Positions 56,950-64,000 of a stretch of DNA of 64,000 nt are shown in pieces. The translations under genes and the position numbers were made by a program. Source of the DNA: a virus; the IMG/VR virus record IMGVR_UViG_3300045988_121186, positions 1 through 64,000 of that record, one strand, 5' to 3'. Position 1 is the first letter of the stretch. Each line of letters opens with the position of its first letter. The notes beneath the pieces were generated by a model. It was not told where the DNA came from. It saw nothing but the letters and a program-made list of their open reading frames with translations, and made no database searches.

Positions 56950-59900
56950 TCCTTATTTAACTTATTTATAGAATCTGAATTATCAGAATTTTTTACAAGA
57001 TTCTTATTCCTGTCTATCTCTTCCTGACTCATGTTTCTTATCATGTTCTGTATTTCTCTTCCAGATTGTAATAAGGAACGTATAAATTCACTGGAACTTA
57101 TTTTAACTCCAAGATCGGGTTTAGCCCTGAACGCCTCACCGGTGTTGATGTTGTACAAATCATACAAACCTGAGTTCATGTAGAATTTGTATATCCAGTT
57201 TCCACCAGCTTTTTTGTATCCTAATTTGGTTAGCTCAGTTACACTCATGCCAAATTTAATGCCATTACGAGCTATTATCTTCTCTGGTATAGATTCTACC
57301 TTAGCCGGAACAGATGTATATGCTTCGTTACCGCCATACAAGAAATAAGGAGATGTTACCCTTGATATCGGAGGAAACACTTCTTCGGCTATATAAGGTT
57401 TATCTTTTACAGCCTTAGACTCTTGCTTTGGATTGGATATTCTAATAAAAGGATTGTAAGTCATAAAGGTTAAACCGTATTCCACCTTATATCCCGACAC
57501 GTTATTGAGGCTCCTTATAGCTTTAACTGTATGATTATGGGCAATAGTATCTATCCCATATCTGGATTCCATATCAGTCATGATATTATTAACCTCATCT
57601 CCTTCTACATAAATCTCATCTCCTTCCTGGATAGAGGTTATGCCGGCAGCCCTTCTAAGTAACCATAAAGTAACTTCGGCAATATCAGAGAACTTATCTC
57701 CGTTCTTCCTATAGTTATCTACTCTTCCTTCTTCAGATCCAGGTAAATAGACATCTCCCTCAGCTTTGCCATCATCTCTGGGTTGTCCTTCGCTTTTTCC
57801 ATCTCCCTTTTTATCGCCATCTTCCTCAGTGCGTACTGCACCGCCTTCTGCACTTCCTTCTTTCCCATCATTTAAAATATTATCCGATTCTGACTCTATA
57901 GACTCCACAACAGCATCATACTCTGGAATGCCGCTAAGAAAATCTGCTACGTTATTCAAAAACTCTATTTTTTCCTCGTTTGTCATATCAAGGCTTTCCA
58001 CGGGCCCCCATATGGCAGGCAAGTTGTTTGATTCTATTGCAGTAGAAACATCTTCTACAGTTTGGTTATCCACCGTAGACAAAACTTCAGAAACCAAACT
58101 ATTGATGTCAGATTCCATTTTTTCCACTTCCTCTTTTGTGCCATATTCTTTTAGGGTATCCATGCCATTGACTCTAAGAGAATAATTCAAAGCCTTGCTT
58201 GGAACAAAATTAATATATTTCAAAAAGTTTTTCAACTCTGATATAATTTGTTCGTCAGATCTTGGACTAACATAATCCTCTACTATCTGATCTGTTTGAG
58301 AACGAAGCCAAGAAACGTATTCTTCTAAAGTCTTACCACCTTTACTGGAAGGAGTGGATATTTTATCACCTACTGTTCCTTTAGGTTCTAATCCCATTTC
58401 CTCTTTAAGACTTTTTGGATTACCTCTCTCACGAAGAAACCTCAAATCGCCTCCTACAATCTTCCTTGCTATAAAATCAAAAATATTAGCATAAGGCGGC
58501 AATCCTTCTTTTTCTATATGAGATTCTATTTCGTTTAACATAAGAGAGAAGTTTTTCCTGGAGGTACGCTTCTTGCCAGGTAAAGACTGCGCAGCTTGTG
58601 CCGCAGGAGCCGGCTGAGCTGGTGGCGCCGGCCGAGTCCCCCGGACAGGGTCTTCCTCTGGCATTTCCTCTTCGTAAATATCCACATCTTCCTTGGAAGT
58701 AACGGTCTTACCCTCATCGGAGAAAGGGAGATCATCTTCTATAAGTGATTTAGGTCTGGAAGATGATTTACCAAACTGAATCCTGATCTTAGGAGCAACA
58801 AACATCTCACCTTCGAAATCTATTCCAGATTCTACCTCAGACGTCACAATGTCTTTCACACTCCTACTTTCATCTTCTACCCACTTAACAACATCAGGAA
58901 CCATAGATAATTTTTCTATAGCCTCACGAGCTTTTCTAAGCCCTGAAATAGGATTCAAATACGATACTTGATACGAAGCTGGATCAAGACCTAACTTGGT
59001 TAGATACGCATTAAGATCTTGTATGTCATCTTGACCCATCTGTAACAATTCAGAGTCACCGGATTCAAGCAGCATATCTATAAAAGAAATCCATTTCTTT
59101 CCTTCCTCTGATTCCACAGAACGTAGACTAACCGGGAAAAGATAATTAAGACCGTTTTTGCCTTTGATGACAACTACCGGAACTCTTACATTTTTGTAAT
59201 TGTTTTTCTTATCGTTTAATATAGAATAAGCAAATGGGAATCCTGTGTATTTAGAACCGTTCTTAAGCACGACTTTGCCATTTAAGACATACCCCACATC
59301 AGATACTTTTTCAGCTCCTTTTTCGGTAATAGGGAGATTTTCTACCTGACCATATCCTTGACCGTTTACTCTCATGTTAAACACCGGTCTTCCAGGAAGG
59401 GTCTGGGCAACAACATGCGTGCCGACGCCGATGGTAGCTGACCGGCCGGCGTCCTTCTTCCACTTGTTAAAAGCCGTTCTTCTTATTTTACTTATACCAT
59501 CTATGCCCCCTGTGTCAGCTTTTACAACAGAAACGAATCTGTTTCCACTCATAACCTTGATAACCATATTGGATACCAGCTTATTTTCAGCAGATTCTAT
59601 TCTTTTTTTATCACCGGACTGAACAGCATCATTGTATTCGGCAAAAAGAGACTGATTATAGGTATCATTTGCATCTATCTCAAGATTAACCTTATCTCCT
59701 TTCTTCAAAGAAGATAATGCTTCCTGATCTATTTTATCTACTTCATTCTCTCCGAATCCAACACCTGTTCTGTACGGAACCAATTCGTCTGAATCAAGAC
59801 GCTTATAAACCAAAGAATATGAATTACCCACGTCCTGAATAGACACATCTGTGTAACGGTTAAGAACACGAGCCGATTCTTTGTCTATAGACCATCTTGC

Positions 59901-62900
59901 ATGATAAGGCAATTCCATTATATTAGCTGTTTCTCCACCTATGTTAAGGGAATACCTTTTAGTGCCATTAGCGTTCGTTTCAGAACTTATTTGAATAGGA
60001 ACCAATGATTTTATCGAAGATACAAATTTGTCAGCTCTAAGACCTGCAATTTCATACCTTTCATTGCCATCATTGGATATTATTCTTACCATCAACGTCT
60101 CTGGATTCTGGGCACTATCTATGTTGGCTCCCGGCGTATTATCGGATTCGTCTAATTCATTTACAAGAGAATCTATATTAACATCATCTTCCCCAAAATT
60201 ACTCAACGTAGATTCAGAGATACGACCTTTATCAATAATCCTGTTTTGTTCGATATAAGGAAGAAGATCCGTGATGTTTCCAACCTGGCCAAGATCTTCT
60301 ATGGTAAATACCGAATCGGCAAGCTTATCTTCGTCAACTTTCTCCCCTTTGTCCCGTCTGTTCATTATATCCACATACGAAGAAATAGCATCATCAAGTT
60401 CCTGTCTTTGATCTGGTTCCAAATTTGATTTAGCCATATCAATAACGGTCTTGTTTTCCTCATACACAGATCTTGGACTTGTAAGCCTATCAGCCCTTTC
60501 GGATAATGATTTTATGAGATTAATAGGACTGTCACCTAAAGACGACACATAATCATCAAAATCTTGTTTGTGTTTATCATACACATCTTTTTCCCTTGCA
60601 GTAAGAAGATCAGCATTTCCTGTATATAATTTATCAATTATAGACTGCCTCACGACTGGAACCATAATAGGGTTATCCATAGCAGCTTCATAATCTTCAT
60701 CCGATACAGATTCCGTAAGCGGCGACTCTTTTATATTATCTTCCGCTTCCTTCACCCTATCTTCTCTTACTTTATCAAGTGCGTGCATAAATGCCTTGAT
60801 AGTCCAAGCTTCGTCTTCCGAAATCTTACCTTCTGACATAGCCTGATCTACCACCTCGTCAGTATCATATTCACCAACTTTATTAGGCTCTGCAAAATCA
60901 GGAACCTTGTCATCCTCCTTATAAGGAGTAGACCATAAAGAAGACAACGCTTTTAAAAATCCTCTGTTTTCCTCGGCTAAGAATCTTTTATCAAGCATCT
61001 TAGACAAGAAGTTATTCATATTCCTATAGTCTATCAAACTCCTACGGTATTCATTTACCAAGGATCTCATGGCTTTATCTTTAGCTGTAAACTCCTTTTC
61101 TTGTCTTGATTTTACATTGAAATAATCATCAAAAGCCACGAGCGTATCATAAGCCTCTATTACATCTTGTGAGCTTATAGGAGAAAGAGGTGATGATAAA
61201 ACAGATTCGGTTTTACTTACCAACTCTTCTATCGAAAACTCTTTTCCTATTAACGTTGATAACTCAGACAACGAATTATTGTAATTGGTTCTAAGATCTT
61301 CCAATTCTTTGGTTTTTCGTTGTATAGATTCAGCTTGTGGGTCTTTTCCATCTACGTTACGAGGACGGGTGGCAAGATCTTCTATTTCGGATTCAAGTTC
61401 TTCTATCCTTGATCGTATGCCACGGATAGCCATCGCCCGCTCCCTCGCTCTGTCCGACAGCCGGGAGAACGTACTTAGCGCATCTGCCACGCGAGGCTGT
61501 CCCGAAAGCGTTTCTATGACAGAAGCTATGTCTTTCATCCTTGATTCTGATTGAAGACCAAGGAAGGCATTACGAGCCACGTATTTCCTAAATTCAATCT
61601 TAGAGTCATCACCTATAAGATCTTCAGCAAAACTCTGAGCAGATCTGAAATCAGAAAGACGATTATTATAATTATCAATAATAGAGTCCTTGTACTTCTT
61701 TGCCTCTTCTAAAGACATCCCATTAGCTTCAGCTATTTCTGAAATAGGCATCATATCAACCATCTGCCTGAAATTCTCAGCCGAATCCTCTAAGGTCCCC
61801 ATTTGATTATCAATAGACATCTTTTCAAACATAGCATCATCAAGTTCCTTACCGGTCATAGACTGAACATCAGAACGAACTTGCGGACCTAAACTCATTG
61901 ACTTCTTCAACGTATTCAAAGCCGCCGTATTAAGATTAGAAGATGCTTTGTTGTATTCATCCACCTGCCTCTCCAGTAATATCTGACTATTACTATACTC
62001 TTTTACCCCAAAGAAGCCTTCTCTCATGCCGAATAAAGAACCGATAATAGCACCGATTCCTATTTCAGTCCATCCTTCTTTAGACGTATATTGTTTTTTA
62101 AATCCGTCAGAAATAGCATCAAGAACATCGACGGCTCCATTCATAGCCACATTGTCATATCTTGACTTAACATATTCTTCAGCCGTGTTCTGGACAGCAC
62201 CTTGAGACCCTTCTTCCCATAAGCCTTCAGACACCGGTCTTTTCATGATATTGAAAACATTACCAGCTATCTTCTGTCCTATGTTAGGGTTGGTTATCTT
62301 AATAGCCATCTCTCCTGGCTTTGTAACTTCCGTCCCTAATCCAAATAGATGCTTATTAAGTTTCTTTTCCAGTCCTGGTATAGCCTTTCCTCCTAATCCT
62401 ATGTATTTACCAAACAAGAGCCAGTTGGACAATCCTACTATACCCATATTAGCTGCAAATATCGCACTACCTACATCAGCATTAGAATTACGAAAAACAG
62501 CCATTTCCTCAGCATTAGGATCACGACCATAAATTTTACGATAATAATCCTTGAAGTCGGATTCGGATTGTTTCATAAAAGAATTTGCTTCAACCGATGA
62601 CTCAAAGCCGGCACTGGTAGCCAACAACGTCATGGTCTTAGCAGCCTCTCCTACATTCCTCCCGGTAGCAACTCCTTTCCTTACATAGTCGTTAAACACA
62701 CTTTTGAGACTTCCTATACCTCTATTGGCAGCTTGTCTTGCTGCCAGCTTAGCTCCGACTCTTCCACCTAATTTTGCGCCTATGTTACCTAATGAACCAA
62801 CTCCCAGTCCTCCGGTCATGTATGCTGATATCATGGCTCCTACGGTAAAAGACATTCCGTTGCCAAGGACGTCATTCCATAAAAAATTACCAGTATCCTT

Positions 62901-63587
62901 AAAAAGCTTCTGACCAAAATTGTAATCTTCTACTTCTTTCTTGTAATAATGTGGAAGAAGCATGTCTATTCGCTGATCAAGATCACCAACAAACTTATCC
63001 ATGTTCGTATTCAAAGCTGCCTTATAACTTCCCTCAGATGCCATATTAATAAGCTTGTCGGGTAATGATATAGTTCCCTGGGCCCCATACAATGCAGACT
63101 TTAAGGCAAATTTACCTACACCATTCCAAAACTTACTCCAACCACTTTGCCTTCTGGCATAATAATCCTCATTATTTATACCTGGGATATAATTGGGATA
63201 TTTTGTGCGCCATACCCCATCATTACCCATCTGATGACTTTCACGGATACTTACCTTCGGTCCATAGGGATTAAGAGGCGGCGGGGCAGGTGTAGCCCCC
63301 CTGTAGCTGTTACGAGCCAGTGCCTCCGAATAGCTGTTGCTTATCTCCTTGGCTATATACGGTTCTTCGTATTCGGCAGCAGCTATCCTTGATGCATAAT
63401 CTGGAAATTCAGGTTGAGCATACACGCCCTCTCCCGGCATATAATTAGGAACCAGAGGCGTTGTCGTCTCTGGTAATGTAGCCGGAGTGTAATTTTCTTC
63501 TTCGGCTAATTTCCTTTGCCTTGCCACATCTTCGTAAGTGGTTTTAGCAGCAGGATTATATCTATTTACATTACTGTCTGTTGCCAT
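56943..63587 (-). CDS. giant virion-associated protein (2214 aa) with Gly-rich segments and a Pro/Ala-rich linker
   Basis: Uninterrupted 6.6 kb ORF; GLGVGSLGNIGAKLGGRVGAKL and PAPPAQPAPAAQAAQ. Confidence 0.7.
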   Translation of the reverse strand: MATDSNVNRYNPAAKTTYEDVARQRKLAEEENYTPATLPETTTPLVPNYMPGEGVYAQPEFPDYASRIAAAEYEEPYIAKEISNSYSEALARNSYRGATPAPPPLNPYGPKVSIRESHQMGNDGVWRTKYPNYIPGINNEDYYARRQSGWSKFWNGVGKFALKSALYGAQGTISLPDKLINMASEGSYKAALNTNMDKFVGDLDQRIDMLLPHYYKKEVEDYNFGQKLFKDTGNFLWNDVLGNGMSFTVGAMISAYMTGGLGVGSLGNIGAKLGGRVGAKLAARQAANRGIGSLKSVFNDYVRKGVATGRNVGEAAKTMTLLATSAGFESSVEANSFMKQSESDFKDYYRKIYGRDPNAEEMAVFRNSNADVGSAIFAANMGIVGLSNWLLFGKYIGLGGKAIPGLEKKLNKHLFGLGTEVTKPGEMAIKITNPNIGQKIAGNVFNIMKRPVSEGLWEEGSQGAVQNTAEEYVKSRYDNVAMNGAVDVLDAISDGFKKQYTSKEGWTEIGIGAIIGSLFGMREGFFGVKEYSNSQILLERQVDEYNKASSNLNTAALNTLKKSMSLGPQVRSDVQSMTGKELDDAMFEKMSIDNQMGTLEDSAENFRQMVDMMPISEIAEANGMSLEEAKKYKDSIIDNYNNRLSDFRSAQSFAEDLIGDDSKIEFRKYVARNAFLGLQSESRMKDIASVIETLSGQPRVADALSTFSRLSDRARERAMAIRGIRSRIEELESEIEDLATRPRNVDGKDPQAESIQRKTKELEDLRTNYNNSLSELSTLIGKEFSIEELVSKTESVLSSPLSPISSQDVIEAYDTLVAFDDYFNVKSRQEKEFTAKDKAMRSLVNEYRRSLIDYRNMNNFLSKMLDKRFLAEENRGFLKALSSLWSTPYKEDDKVPDFAEPNKVGEYDTDEVVDQAMSEGKISEDEAWTIKAFMHALDKVREDRVKEAEDNIKESPLTESVSDEDYEAAMDNPIMVPVVRQSIIDKLYTGNADLLTAREKDVYDKHKQDFDDYVSSLGDSPINLIKSLSERADRLTSPRSVYEENKTVIDMAKSNLEPDQRQELDDAISSYVDIMNRRDKGEKVDEDKLADSVFTIEDLGQVGNITDLLPYIEQNRIIDKGRISESTLSNFGEDDVNIDSLVNELDESDNTPGANIDSAQNPETLMVRIISNDGNERYEIAGLRADKFVSSIKSLVPIQISSETNANGTKRYSLNIGGETANIMELPYHARWSIDKESARVLNRYTDVSIQDVGNSYSLVYKRLDSDELVPYRTGVGFGENEVDKIDQEALSSLKKGDKVNLEIDANDTYNQSLFAEYNDAVQSGDKKRIESAENKLVSNMVIKVMSGNRFVSVVKADTGGIDGISKIRRTAFNKWKKDAGRSATIGVGTHVVAQTLPGRPVFNMRVNGQGYGQVENLPITEKGAEKVSDVGYVLNGKVVLKNGSKYTGFPFAYSILNDKKNNYKNVRVPVVVIKGKNGLNYLFPVSLRSVESEEGKKWISFIDMLLESGDSELLQMGQDDIQDLNAYLTKLGLDPASYQVSYLNPISGLRKAREAIEKLSMVPDVVKWVEDESRSVKDIVTSEVESGIDFEGEMFVAPKIRIQFGKSSSRPKSLIEDDLPFSDEGKTVTSKEDVDIYEEEMPEEDPVRGTRPAPPAQPAPAAQAAQSLPGKKRTSRKNFSLMLNEIESHIEKEGLPPYANIFDFIARKIVGGDLRFLRERGNPKSLKEEMGLEPKGTVGDKISTPSSKGGKTLEEYVSWLRSQTDQIVEDYVSPRSDEQIISELKNFLKYINFVPSKALNYSLRVNGMDTLKEYGTKEEVEKMESDINSLVSEVLSTVDNQTVEDVSTAIESNNLPAIWGPVESLDMTNEEKIEFLNNVADFLSGIPEYDAVVESIESESDNILNDGKEGSAEGGAVRTEEDGDKKGDGKSEGQPRDDGKAEGDVYLPGSEEGRVDNYRKNGDKFSDIAEVTLWLLRRAAGITSIQEGDEIYVEGDEVNNIMTDMESRYGIDTIAHNHTVKAIRSLNNVSGYKVEYGLTFMTYNPFIRISNPKQESKAVKDKPYIAEEVFPPISRVTSPYFLYGGNEAYTSVPAKVESIPEKIIARNGIKFGMSVTELTKLGYKKAGGNWIYKFYMNSGLYDLYNINTGEAFRAKPDLGVKISSSEFIRSLLQSGREIQNMIRNMSQEEIDRNKNLVKNSDNSDSINKLNKEC

Positions 63588-63960
63588 AAAGCTTTTGCAA
63601 AAAATCGTTCAACTTACTAAACTTATCGTTATTGTTGGGCGTAATATCCATCCCTCTCATGTACGGATCCCTCATCTGATCAAGACGCTCCTGAACAGCT
63701 TCCTTCACGTATTTTACAAAGAAATACTGAGGACACTTCTGGTGAATGTTATTCCAGTAATCCGCATACTCATCATTACCTGGATCCAAAGGAACAAAAT
63801 CCGAGAATAACAATGCAGGATTTTTAGAATTTTTAGTCCTTTTGTCATAGAAATTGACCGCTACCTCTCTCGAACCCCTATCATCCATTCCTTCCAACTG
63901 AACTGATATATTATCAGACATGTCAATAAAATTATCAACAAGGGTTTTAACAACATTCAT
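63571..63960 (-). CDS. hypothetical protein (129 aa)
   Basis: ORF. Confidence 0.5.
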   Translation of the reverse strand: MNVVKTLVDNFIDMSDNISVQLEGMDDRGSREVAVNFYDKRTKNSKNPALLFSDFVPLDPGNDEYADYWNNIHQKCPQYFFVKYVKEAVQERLDQMRDPYMRGMDITPNNNDKFSKLNDFLQKLYGNRQ

Positions 63961-64000
63961 TTCTTCTGGCTTAAGGTAAGAACCATGTATTTTTACTATA

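Noticed and set aside
57766-63392. Plus-strand ORFs inside the 2214-aa gene, and the GC-rich patch 58540-58640
   Set aside because: Antisense or alternative-frame artefacts. The GC-rich patch encodes a Pro/Ala-rich linker (PAPPAQPAPAAQAAQ), not an RNA element.
38436-63587. Calling one of the giant proteins the crAss-type virion RNA polymerase
   Set aside because: No DxDGD motif was found by eye in either giant ORF, so only a generic virion-protein call is made.

Overview
This window is a low-GC (about 35 %) tailed dsDNA phage segment, typical of phages infecting Bacteroidota, with a two-arm architecture reminiscent of crAss-like phages. I could not confirm a crAss-type virion RNA polymerase motif, so that assignment is tentative.

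Positions 1-36.6 kb: a dense plus-strand block of small early and replication genes.
- TOPRIM/zinc-ribbon primase-like protein, DnaB-like helicase and SF2 DEAD/DEAH helicase.
- Cas4-like and YqaJ-like PD-(D/E)XK nucleases and an HNH-like protein.
- CCA-adding-enzyme-like nucleotidyltransferase, a DUF1566-like protein and a minimal ABC ATPase.
- An ACP-like protein followed by an NfeD/flotillin (yuaF-floT-like) pair.
- A dATP/dGTP diphosphohydrolase-like protein.

Positions 37-64 kb: a minus-strand block with giant virion-type proteins (2138 aa, 2214 aa, 759 aa), low-complexity structural proteins and a small accessory island. The two blocks converge at about 36.6-37.0 kb.

The first 3 kb are largely non-coding and highly structured.
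- Degenerate tandem repeats at the window edge.
- A roughly 560 bp ORF-free region with GC-rich hairpins.
- A 7 x 22 bp iteron-like array with duplicated GC-rich 20-mers (origin-like).

Mobile DNA.
- Two IS200/IS605-family TnpB genes lie on the minus strand. One is antisense inside the early block and apparently interrupts a DUF551-like gene; the other sits in the accessory island.
- A roughly 130 bp orphan copy of the right end and presumed omega-RNA scaffold of the first element is present, still carrying decayed TnpB C-terminal codons.

Recurrent sequence signals.
- A near-palindromic motif TGTTTAACAATTAAA lies 0-50 nt upstream of several start codons on both strands.
- A conserved roughly 40-nt 5' leader with a tRNA T-arm-like core sits in front of at least three genes.

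All functional calls rest on motif-level reading of the translations. No database searches were run.
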